From Armatimonadota bacterium (GTDB taxonomy: Bacteria > Armatimonadota > DASRZA01), in the NCBI GenBank assembly GCA_035686845.1, contig DASRZA010000447.1:1-63834 (forward strand): a stretch of 63,834 bases of DNA, written 5' to 3'. Position numbers and translations under genes: made by a program. Below, piece after piece: positions 1-7,807 of the stretch. Position 1 is the first letter of the stretch; every line of letters starts with the position of its first letter. The notes under the pieces were generated by a model. The model saw only the letters and a program-made list of their open reading frames with translations, made no database searches and was not told where the DNA came from.

Positions 1-467
1 CTCTATCTTGGCTTCATCTCGTTGTGCTGCGCGCTCGATGGGCTGTTGAGGAGTCCAGCCGAGTTCCTTGAGCAATCGTGAGACGTGACTCTTATGATAG
101 GTAACGCCATATTCCAACTCTATCACCCAAGCAACTCTATCACCCGAGCAACTCGAGCACATGTCCAAAGCTCGCCCGCAAAACCGTAAGCCTCAGCGCC
201 GTGACAGAGAAACTCCGGGATCTCTCCGAGCTGTATTGGGCTGAGTTTAGGTGGACTGCCTGGACGAGGCCGTGACAGCAGTGCCTTCTCGCCCCGTTGG
301 CGCGCTGTCTTCAACCACCGACTGACGGCTGTCTTCGAAACATGAAGAGCTTGAGCGATGTCCAGTCCACTCCAACCCTCCTGACTCAACTCTACGGCTC
401 GAAGACGGCGCCACTGTTTCAGAGCAGCGTCGTTACCCAGCTTCTTGGGAGTGTGTGAGGTTGTCAT
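1..467 (-). pseudogene. IS630-family transposase, N-terminal part, frame-disrupted
   Basis: ORF 123..467 encodes an HTH-type N-terminus (GLDIAQALHVSKTAVSRWLK). Bases 1..114, read in a different minus-strand frame, give ELEYGVTYHKSHVSRLLKELGWTPQQPIERAAQRDEAKIE, the usual IS630-type continuation. Removing one copy of the 17-bp duplication at 115..148 joins the two frames as ...ARVARVIELEYGVTYHK... Confidence 0.75.
115..148. repeat. 17-bp tandem duplication, with a partial third copy following it
   Basis: caactctatcacccaag at 115..131 and caactctatcacccgag at 132..148, followed by caactc at 149..154. 17 is not a multiple of 3. Confidence 0.9.
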
Positions 468-650
468 ACTCTACATATAGCCTTACCTCCAAAGTTAACC
501 ATAGAGTTAACCTAATTATGCATCGCTCAGTAAGTGCGGACCGGTAGGTCGGTGATTTCTCTTACAAGCGAGCACGCGCGTCCTCCAGCAAGAAGAATGA
601 AACCGCCTCAGCCACAATATTCAACTGTATGCCGAACATGGGATCCAACG

Positions 651-1412
651 TTATGGATGCTCAGGCCGCACGGCGATAGAGAGCGCCTGACAGAGTGGCG
701 TGAAGTGTGTTACATTACCCGTGTAAATCGCGCCGCAACCCACCGAGCGCGCCTCCAATGCGATAATTGTGTCTCCGAGGCGCTGCCATTTCCGAATGCC
801 AAGATCGAAGCGTTGGTTTTGAATGTCCGCGAGCGCACTCGTGACTTTCCCCGAGTGATCGCCCGGCTCTTGATTCATGCGTTGGTAGATGCAATTCACG
901 CGCGTCGACCCCGACTGAAGGAACTGCTTCAATCCCGCGGGAGCGGCCTTCGGTGGAAATGCTGCCCCCATTACAAACACTCCACCCTCCAGGCGAGGGA
1001 GGACGTCCCCAGCGGCACAGTTTGTAGGGTCCTGCAATTGACAACCGGCTTCGTCGAACCACCCCATCACGCCATCTTCGATAAAGCGTCTGAGTATCCG
1101 CAGTGCGCCTTCGCGGGTCCTGCCCTGATCCACCGCCCAGTGTAAAAAGGTGGGCACCAATTCCTTCTGTCCGCCCCGGCGGGTTTGCGCGTGGCTCCAC
1201 GCGTCATGCAGATTCGCTGCTTTTACGCACACGCCGTACGCATCCACGGCGGCTCGCAGGAAGGTGTTGAGGTACTCAGCCCGTACGTAGGTCGAGGTCA
1301 CGCAGCGCCGGCTGTCGAGCGTTCGCTGAATACGCTGCTTCACCTCCCTGGATTTGGTGATGCGCCAGATGAAGATCGTCGTCTCCACAAAGAGCGGCTC
1401 TTCATCGTTCAC
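651..1412 (-). CDS. PIN-like domain protein with a large central insertion; putative RNase or toxin
   Basis: The N-terminus LFVETTIFIWRI resembles PIN strand 1, with E in place of the usual D. It also has TSTYVRAEYL and a C-terminal GDTIIALEA...IYTGNVTHFTPL, which resembles the PIN D..IAA.A...L.T.N..F block. The overlapping ORFs 534..1145 and 715..1200 are R/G/P-rich antisense artefacts. Confidence 0.55.
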   Translation of the reverse strand: MNDEEPLFVETTIFIWRITKSREVKQRIQRTLDSRRCVTSTYVRAEYLNTFLRAAVDAYGVCVKAANLHDAWSHAQTRRGGQKELVPTFLHWAVDQGRTREGALRILRRFIEDGVMGWFDEAGCQLQDPTNCAAGDVLPRLEGGVFVMGAAFPPKAAPAGLKQFLQSGSTRVNCIYQRMNQEPGDHSGKVTSALADIQNQRFDLGIRKWQRLGDTIIALEARSVGCGAIYTGNVTHFTPLCQALSIAVRPEHP

Positions 1413-1436
1413 GAAAGACTATCTCGATCGCGGCCT

Positions 1437-2114
1437 TCAACTCCCTGCGTCGGCTGCATCGGGACAGTAGCCGAACTTCTCTAGCGAGGGTATCCAGTTG
1501 AGGCCGCCGCGGCACAATTCCCGTGAGAACCGCGACAGATCAATCTTATCGGCCCTGGTGACGACGATTTCGACTATTGCGCGGCGAACTCTCTCGAAGT
1601 TCTTTAAGGTGAACTCATCAACCGACTCATTGAGCAGTACCAGGCGCGTTTCCATCGCAGCCATGCTCAGGTCGTCGTACCCGTACGACGCAGCCGTCTC
1701 CTCCATGTCCCAGAGCGCCTCACCGAGGCTGGCCGCGGCTTCAGCGCGAAATGAAGGCAAATCAACGGCCTCAACGAAGCGCTGCAGTCCCTCCTGCACG
1801 CTATCCCGCGCGGCTTCGAGCCGCGGCGGAGCGCCGCTCTCATCCGCTATCCGTAAGCTGTAATCCTCACCGCGCAACCACGGCGCGATCAAGCCCGGTA
1901 AGGGGCCGTTGTAAGTCTCAGTCGTAATCCCGCGCCACGAGAGCGTGCCCCGTCGCCGGACATCCTTGACCGTTGGTGACCACCGGATGCGCCCGGCCGG
2001 CGCCTTTGAATCGACGTTCGGGACCGCCCGTACCGGTGAGCGCGACAGGATTCCCACCACCCCATTTGAACCACCGGTACCCAGTAGAAGGCTGTCTGCA
2101 GGCGCAATTCTCAT
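1437..2114 (-). CDS. Hypothetical protein, middle gene of the three-gene module
   Basis: I chose the internal ATG at 2114 (MRIAPADS...) because it forms an ATGA overlap with the stop of the upstream gene at 2111..2113. The ORF-track start at 2204 would overlap that gene by 94 nt. No motif recognised. Confidence 0.55.
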   Translation of the reverse strand: MRIAPADSLLLGTGGSNGVVGILSRSPVRAVPNVDSKAPAGRIRWSPTVKDVRRRGTLSWRGITTETYNGPLPGLIAPWLRGEDYSLRIADESGAPPRLEAARDSVQEGLQRFVEAVDLPSFRAEAAASLGEALWDMEETAASYGYDDLSMAAMETRLVLLNESVDEFTLKNFERVRRAIVEIVVTRADKIDLSRFSRELCRGGLNWIPSLEKFGYCPDAADAGS

Positions 2115-4108
2115 TGAGATGTCTCCCCATTTGATGGTTCGAGTTTGAACTGACCCAGGATGAGATAGAGGTGAAGTACGGTATCCAGAACGGGCCCCAC
2201 GCATTGATTCGGATCGATCACGCCATGAGCCACGCGGTTTCGAAGGTTCCAGCCGGCGGGATCAGCCATGACCAGGCGGATGTATTCTCGGATCTCGGCC
2301 GGAATCACGGCCTGTACCTCTCCGAAGCGCAGGAAAGCGCCAAAGTTTGAGTCAAGCTGCCATCCATCAACGCCCCGGCGGCGATTGATTGCCGGCATTC
2401 CCGCCCGTTCGAATAGAGTCCGGATGACATCCTCAAACTGCAGAGCGAGGATGTGGATCGCGCTGACGTAATCGTCCGCGAAGTAACGCTCGAAGCCAAC
2501 GCTGATTATTTCAAGGTTGTTTTCATCTACGAAGCCATAGGAGCCAACGTACTCGGTCAGCGCTGGCGCATTCAGACCCCGCTCTCGAAGCCTGGTAAAG
2601 AGCGGCGCCAAAACAGCTGCAGCGTTAATCGTAATCCAAAGAAGAAGGTTCCGATCCCGCTCGCTGGCCAGCCATGCAGGGTCGATCGCTTGCTTCGCGC
2701 CCTCATTTGAGATTTCCGGGCTGCCTGACGCGGCATTCTCAGCCCGCCGGTCGCGGGCCGGCACGTGAGCCACGGGAATCTCGTCAACGACCAGCGTCCT
2801 GGGAATAAAGTGGATCAGATGCCTTTGTTCCGCTGCCTGGCGGGCCTGCTGCTCAGCAAGTTCCAAATTCGGCAAAAGAGAACCTTCGGACGCGACCCGC
2901 TTCAAGCATTCCGCCAGGTTATCCGGCTGAAGCAGAGGTCCCAGCAGCTCCTCCAGTTCCTCTTCGGGGACCTGGAAGGGAACTGAAATAGCGCCCATCT
3001 CTCGGCGCCCAAGGCGGTACTGCTCTCTGATCTTACGCTTGAGCTCGTTTACTCTTCGCAGCAGCTCCTCACGATGCTTGATGGGTGTGCGGTGATCATT
3101 CCTAAGGCGTTCGTAATGGTTGAGGGCCATTTCGTACAGACCCGCGGCCGCCAGATGGCGTGGGCGTGGGCCGGTCGTGCGGCTTAGCGCCTCGCTTTCG
3201 AGGGATTCTCCCTCTCTGAGGCGTAGAAGGCAAACAGTTTCGCGGTCACCCTCAAGCTCGGCGGCGCGGGCAGCCAGTCCGAGGAACTCCTGTTCTCCCC
3301 AGCGGTCATCGGCCGCGGCATTCTGGTCTGCGAGCTCAAGTGCGGCGTCCTCCACTTCCGTCAGCTCCTGATCTCCGACCACCGAGGCGCCCAGTCGATC
3401 ACGGATGTACAATGCAATTCTGCTGAATTCTACTACCCACCGGCCGGGCGGGTGGCGAAGGTCCCGACCATTCCGGATCGACGCCGTTTGATTCCGAATC
3501 AAGCAAAGGAGTTCTTTAACGAGCCCTTTCACACGCGGCCTATCGCCGATTTGCATGGCAATATGCGAAGCACAATCCAGAGCCACGGCGGATTCCAATA
3601 GTGCGTTGTTTCGGTCGGAATCTGAAAACAGCCGGGCGCTCTTAAGATAGGCGTCGATCGACGCGCGCGCATCAAGATGATCGTGGAGTCTCTCCCAGCG
3701 AATATCGCGAAACCGTGCCGCCACTACCGGGTTTGCAGTTGCACCCGCTCGCTTGGCGAGGTAGTCGAGCATAGTCTCGGTGAAAGAATCAGGGTCGGGA
3801 AACGTGTTGCCGTTCTCGAACTGCAGAAATCCGGTCAGCCGCGCGCTACCTCTGGAAGCGTCCTCTTCAGAGGAAATGATCGACGTGCGGATGACGAGGC
3901 TGAGAGCGAGGTACTCCCAGCGCAAGTGTTCCAGATCCGTGTCGGGAAGATGCTCTTGCACCCTGGAGAACGTGTTCTCAACTTCGCGGGCCAGTTCTCG
4001 TGCAGGACGTGGTGGCTCGGCCTTGTCCAGACTCGAGAATAGAGAATTGAGCTCGCCCGAGCCTTCGTCTTCAGTCATACTGCTCGCTCCGTAATCCAGC
4101 TCGATCAT
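2111..4108 (-). CDS. Large alpha-helical protein with a C-terminal HEPN-like Rx4H motif (DUF4209/Abi_C-like)
   Basis: 665 aa. The C-terminus contains ...ADPAGWNLRNRVAHGVID..., in which RNRVAH fits the HEPN Rx4-6H signature. The overall layout resembles DUF4209-type proteins; that is a recollection, not a search result. Confidence 0.6.
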   Translation of the reverse strand: MIELDYGASSMTEDEGSGELNSLFSSLDKAEPPRPARELAREVENTFSRVQEHLPDTDLEHLRWEYLALSLVIRTSIISSEEDASRGSARLTGFLQFENGNTFPDPDSFTETMLDYLAKRAGATANPVVAARFRDIRWERLHDHLDARASIDAYLKSARLFSDSDRNNALLESAVALDCASHIAMQIGDRPRVKGLVKELLCLIRNQTASIRNGRDLRHPPGRWVVEFSRIALYIRDRLGASVVGDQELTEVEDAALELADQNAAADDRWGEQEFLGLAARAAELEGDRETVCLLRLREGESLESEALSRTTGPRPRHLAAAGLYEMALNHYERLRNDHRTPIKHREELLRRVNELKRKIREQYRLGRREMGAISVPFQVPEEELEELLGPLLQPDNLAECLKRVASEGSLLPNLELAEQQARQAAEQRHLIHFIPRTLVVDEIPVAHVPARDRRAENAASGSPEISNEGAKQAIDPAWLASERDRNLLLWITINAAAVLAPLFTRLRERGLNAPALTEYVGSYGFVDENNLEIISVGFERYFADDYVSAIHILALQFEDVIRTLFERAGMPAINRRRGVDGWQLDSNFGAFLRFGEVQAVIPAEIREYIRLVMADPAGWNLRNRVAHGVIDPNQCVGPVLDTVLHLYLILGQFKLEPSNGETSQ

Positions 4109-4114
4109 GGATTC

Positions 4115-4123
4115 ATTCTATCA
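4115..4123 (-). promoter_or_regulatory. Extended -10 element (TGATAGAAT) 6 nt upstream of the 4108 ATG; implies a leaderless mRNA
   Basis: The minus strand reads gatagatgTGATAGAATgaatccATG, and there is no Shine-Dalgarno sequence between the -10 element and the ATG. Confidence 0.4.
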
Positions 4124-4144
4124 CATCTATCAGAACACGCTCCA

Positions 4145-4180
4145 TAAGCAAAAGGCCATCCGGTCTCCCAGATGGCCTTC
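4145..4180 (-). terminator. Intrinsic terminator downstream of the tRNA pair
   Basis: The minus strand reads GAAGGCCATC-tgggagaccg-GATGGCCTT followed by TTGCTT: a 9-bp GC-rich stem followed by a U-rich tail. Confidence 0.7.
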
Positions 4181-4192
4181 CGATAACTTGCA

Positions 4193-4264
4193 CTCCCCCG
4201 ACTGGACTCGAACCAGTAACATTTCGGTTAACAGCCGAACGCTCTGCCATTGAGCTACAGGGGA
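4193..4264 (-). tRNA. tRNA-Asn (anticodon GTT), CCA not encoded
   Basis: The reverse complement is TCCCCTGTAGCTCAATGGCAGAGCGTTCGGCTGTTAACCGAAATGTTACTGGTTCGAGTCCAGTCGGGGGAG. The anticodon loop is CTGTTAA, a GTTCGAGTC T-arm is present, and the acceptor stem pairs TCCCCTG with CGGGGGA. Confidence 0.9.
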
Positions 4265-4280
4265 TCGTATTTAGTTTTAA

Positions 4281-4356
4281 TGGTGGAGGCAAGCGGGCTC
4301 GAACCGCTGACCTACTGCGTGCAAAGCAGTCGCTCTCCCAGCTGAGCTATGCCCCC
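4281..4356 (-). tRNA. tRNA-Ala (anticodon TGC), CCA encoded
   Basis: The reverse complement is GGGGGCATAGCTCAGCTGGGAGAGCGACTGCTTTGCACGCAGTAGGTCAGCGGTTCGAGCCCGCTTGCCTCCACCA. The G3:U70 identity pair is present and the anticodon loop is TTTGCAC. Confidence 0.92.
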
Positions 4357-4399
4357 CTGCCCTCTCTTACCCTCGCCGCCCGGTTCCTGCGGCAATCCA

Positions 4400-4428
4400 A
4401 TTATACCGTCCGCGGGAAAGAGTGTCAA
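4400..4428 (-). promoter_or_regulatory. Consensus sigma70-type promoter for the tRNA-Ala/tRNA-Asn unit
   Basis: The minus strand reads TTGACA (4428..4423), a 17-nt spacer, then TATAAT (4405..4400). It lies about 40 nt upstream of the tRNA-Ala 5' end. Confidence 0.75.
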
Positions 4429-4445
4429 CCCAAAAAACCGGTGGT

Positions 4446-4477
4446 GGGTATTGGGTGTTAAGTGACGGGTATTGGGT
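4446..4477. repeat. Two perfect 11-bp direct repeats (GGGTATTGGGT) spaced 21 bp apart, start to start
   Basis: Copies lie at 4446..4456 and 4467..4477, followed by related ttgggtaac and ttaggtaac motifs. They sit between divergent promoters. Confidence 0.8.
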
Positions 4478-4540
4478 AACAGTTATTAGGTAACGCGATT
4501 CGTGTGATAGGACTCCGGAAGTTCGGGAAAGGATGAGGCG

Positions 4541-5068
4541 ATGGAACAGATCAGGGGACTGCTGCAGGACTATATCGCGAGCCCGGGAGCGCCACCGAAA
4601 CCTGCGGAAGCCGTGCATCAGGATTACCAAAATGTTGCGCAGACCGCGCCGAAGGATGTAGTCGCGCAGGGAATTGCATCAGCGTTCCGATCCAACCAGA
4701 CACCTCCGTTCGCTCAAATGGTGTCCAGCCTCTTCGATCAGTCGGGGGGACCGCAGCGGGCCAATCTGTTGAACCAGCTTTTAGGAGCAGCCGGGCCGGG
4801 ATTGGCTTCGGATGTTCTATCTCGCCTCGGCCTCTCCGACCTGGCCGGATCGCTCGCCGGTTCACAGGGAAATGTGACGCCTGATCAGGCGTCGCGAGTT
4901 CCGGCGCCCGCAGTGAAAGAGATGGCGTCACAGGCTGAGAGCCAGGATCCGTCGATCGTCGACACGCTGAGCCGTTTCTACGCTGATCATCCCGAAGAAG
5001 TGAAGAAACTCGGCCACGAAGCCCTCTCGATAGCAATGTCGGCGATGGGGAACCGCTCGGTCGCGTAG
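4541..5068 (+). CDS. Hypothetical protein
   Basis: 175-aa ORF with balanced composition, preceded by aaaggatgagg. No motif recognised. Confidence 0.55.
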   Translation: MEQIRGLLQDYIASPGAPPKPAEAVHQDYQNVAQTAPKDVVAQGIASAFRSNQTPPFAQMVSSLFDQSGGPQRANLLNQLLGAAGPGLASDVLSRLGLSDLAGSLAGSQGNVTPDQASRVPAPAVKEMASQAESQDPSIVDTLSRFYADHPEEVKKLGHEALSIAMSAMGNRSVA

Positions 5069-5102
5069 ACAGCGATCTGATGGCCCCGGCGACTCCATCA
5101 CC

Positions 5103-5744
5103 TCAGTGATGAGCGCGCATGGAATCTTTGCCTGCGCCCGGTTGCACGTGAACGATGAGCGCGTTCAGACCGTGTTTGCTCCGCGCGGCAAAGGTCATGG
5201 CTCGATCGCCGGGGCGCAGCCGGGAGAATGGCATCGTGTGAGCGACGACTATCCGGGCGCCGGGGAGCAGCCTGACGTGAATCAGTTTGCCGCCGGGCCC
5301 TCGCAGCGTCAATGGATTGGCCTTGATGACCCGGCCGATCCCGCCAAAACCGGAGGATGGCGGTGGGACGCCTGCGGCCGACGCGGGTGGAAACAGCACC
5401 AGCATCCGGGCGCTGAGAATGCCGTGAGTTTCGGTTCCGATAGCGTGCGCGTTCCAACCGGGTTTGATACTGGCGCGGGCGCCTGGATCGAGCTTGAAAA
5501 AGTGACTGGCGTGGGTCACGCCAAGACGGACCGAGGCGCCGTTCATCGATTTGAGAACGTAGTAACCAGCGCCGGTTCGGACGACAATGCCCATCGCTTT
5601 CGGCATGGTTCCGGATGCCGGCATGGCAGGCAATCGCATATTTCGAGCAGCGCCAGGGCTTGCCATGCCGCCCCGGGCTATCGCGCCCGAGCCCGTCAGG
5701 AGCGACAGAGCCGCAGCCGCGATCACGATCTTACTAATCCTCAT
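5103..5744 (-). CDS. Secreted hypothetical protein
   Basis: N-terminal signal peptide MRISKIVIAAAALSLLTGSGAIA, with two similar internal segments. The overlapping plus-strand ORF 5106..5777 is R/G-rich. Confidence 0.6.
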   Translation of the reverse strand: MRISKIVIAAAALSLLTGSGAIARGGMASPGAARNMRLPAMPASGTMPKAMGIVVRTGAGYYVLKSMNGASVRLGVTHASHFFKLDPGARASIKPGWNAHAIGTETHGILSARMLVLFPPASAAGVPPPSSGFGGIGRVIKANPLTLRGPGGKLIHVRLLPGARIVVAHTMPFSRLRPGDRAMTFAARSKHGLNALIVHVQPGAGKDSMRAHH

Positions 5745-5935
5745 TCGAAAGCTCCTCCGTCACATGGGGGCGCATGATGGCCGGGCGCCCGACAATCTGA
5801 ACGCGTGGCGCGGCCAGATGCCCGAGAGAATGTTTCGCGTGCGAGGATGAATATCCTTCCGGGCCGGGCCAACTCAGGGGATAACAGGGAGCGCCGCGGC
5901 GCCATAATCCGACTGCCGCGGCGCGATCACACCAT

Positions 5936-7681
5936 TCATTCCGGAGGAGGCGCAGCGGGCCAGGTCACGCCGCCACGCCGGGCGAAGTGCCGTCCTTCGC
6001 CCTGAACGCGCTGGTTGAGATCGGCGCTGGTCGCGCGTTCCACCTGCAGGGTTCCGATGAGGAGAGCGCCGTAACTCAGCAGAAGAATGCAGCCAACCGC
6101 GGCGCCGGACCGCCGCATCCAGCATACGAGGCTTCCTGTCAGTGGCTTGCGGCGTATGAGCGCCGTGGCCGCGACGAGGAGCAGAAGCAGAATCGGCAGC
6201 CCGACCACGGCTACTACGCAAAATGGACGGACGCCAAACGGGTCCGACATTACGGCGAGCATCATGCCGGCCGGGACCGACAGCCAACCGCCAATACGGG
6301 GATCGGCCAGCGAGATAAAATGAACGACATTACCGAACGCACCCGTCCAGGGACGGAACCACGCCCCGGCCGCCAGCGCTGAAATGAAGACAACTGCGGT
6401 TAACAGCGGGGTAATCCCGTACCGACGGCGCCAACGAAGTCCGGCAATACCGGCGAGGAAGAGAAAGCAGAGCCCGCTGGGGAGAACCGTAAGGTCGAGA
6501 ATCCACCAGGCTATTAGACGCAGCATTGGATCGCCGCCCAGCGGCTCAATGACGAATGCGCTCTCCGCAAGGTTCCGAACCCGGCTCGAATTGTCCAATT
6601 CGTTCTTTGCCCAACGAGCCTCATTCCGCGCTCCGAGACGATTCAAATAGGAAAGATAAGCCCTCTCCTCGGCGATGGAGCACTTTTCAGATGAGGACCA
6701 GTCACCGACTCGAAGTGAAGGGGCGCCGCCCGGCCGGGTGGCGCCCAGTCGAGAAATCGCGACCCCTACCAGGGAACCGATGAAGCTCGTGCTATCGGCG
6801 CGTATCAGCCCGCCGCAACGCATAACCGCGTGCCGAATAGCGATTCCATCCGCAGGGTGTCCGCTTTTTTCAGCCTTCATGGCAAGGTACACGGCCACCG
6901 TCGCGGCAGCGCGGAGCGCTGATAAATGAGGGAGCCAGACCTGCCCGTAGGCAGCCTCCATTTGAAGTGCGCTCAGCCTCCCTTCTGTCGCGCGTGCGAG
7001 TCGGAGATCGGCAATCGCTTCATCAGGCACGTAATCATCGAAGAAGGGCTTCTCACTCGCGCGCCGGATGGCATCGAGCGCTTCGCGATCTTGATGGACG
7101 GCAAACAGGCCCGCCGCCTCCATCATTGGGAAGTACGCGTTATTGGGGTCGAGGCGCTCGCCGATCGTTGCGGCTTTTTCGAACGTACAGACGTCACCGG
7201 GTCTTGAGGCCCCCGGACGATGGAATTGTGGGAGATGGCCATCGATTAAGAGGTACTCCTCATCGCGATTGACACGGACGGGCCCCTCAGTCATGCAGCG
7301 AATCAAGTGGGCGTAGAGCTCAGGGCGGCGAGGATATCGCGCGATGAGGGATCCGAGGCGGGCCATGCGAGTCAAAGCCGTAGGGGGGCTTCCATCCGGA
7401 GCGACCGTTATCGCTGCTGAGACCTGCATCTCATAATCGTTCGGATGTCGAGCGGCTTCCCGATTGAGCCTGGCCGGGAGATCACTCCGCGGACCCGGTT
7501 CGATAGCAAGCTGCTTCATTCCGACATTGCGAAGATTGTCCTGCACCCCCGGAACGGGATTGAGGAGAGAGCGCCACTGAGCACGTAAAAGCCAGCCGGT
7601 GGAGGGCAGGATTAAGAGCGCCGCAAGAACGGCGACCGTCGACCAGAACAGCCGGCGAAGATTGCGCGGGTTGGTAAACAT
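5936..7681 (-). CDS. Polytopic membrane protein of unknown function
   Basis: An N-terminal TM helix (LFWSTVAVLAALLILP), a soluble middle region and several C-terminal hydrophobic helices. Confidence 0.6.
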   Translation of the reverse strand: MFTNPRNLRRLFWSTVAVLAALLILPSTGWLLRAQWRSLLNPVPGVQDNLRNVGMKQLAIEPGPRSDLPARLNREAARHPNDYEMQVSAAITVAPDGSPPTALTRMARLGSLIARYPRRPELYAHLIRCMTEGPVRVNRDEEYLLIDGHLPQFHRPGASRPGDVCTFEKAATIGERLDPNNAYFPMMEAAGLFAVHQDREALDAIRRASEKPFFDDYVPDEAIADLRLARATEGRLSALQMEAAYGQVWLPHLSALRAAATVAVYLAMKAEKSGHPADGIAIRHAVMRCGGLIRADSTSFIGSLVGVAISRLGATRPGGAPSLRVGDWSSSEKCSIAEERAYLSYLNRLGARNEARWAKNELDNSSRVRNLAESAFVIEPLGGDPMLRLIAWWILDLTVLPSGLCFLFLAGIAGLRWRRRYGITPLLTAVVFISALAAGAWFRPWTGAFGNVVHFISLADPRIGGWLSVPAGMMLAVMSDPFGVRPFCVVAVVGLPILLLLLVAATALIRRKPLTGSLVCWMRRSGAAVGCILLLSYGALLIGTLQVERATSADLNQRVQGEGRHFARRGGVTWPAAPPPE

Positions 7682-7807
7682 CTTGGCTCCTTGTTTTAGA
7701 GCATTATGGATCGCGCGTGAAAGCGATGTCGGGGCAGCTCAATGTACGCATGATAACCGATCTGCCGTCGAATTGCAATGCCTGAGACGCGGGAGAGCCG
7801 CAATGTG

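Larger units (their letters stand above)
1..533 (-). mobile_element. Remnant of an IS630-family insertion sequence; it runs off the left edge and its right end is not defined
   Basis: Contains the disrupted transposase reading frames listed below. Bases 468..533 upstream are visibly AT-richer than their surroundings. I could not identify terminal inverted repeats. Confidence 0.5.

Noticed and set aside
115-154. Programmed ribosomal frameshift in the IS630 transposase.
   Set aside because: The frame break coincides exactly with a 17-bp tandem duplication, and removing it restores the frame. No slippery heptamer is evident.
1-4192. Defined genomic island boundaries, sought as a direct repeat of the tRNA-Asn 3' end.
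   Set aside because: I could not spot a repeat of the tRNA 3' segment by eye, no integrase is present, and the left boundary lies outside the window.
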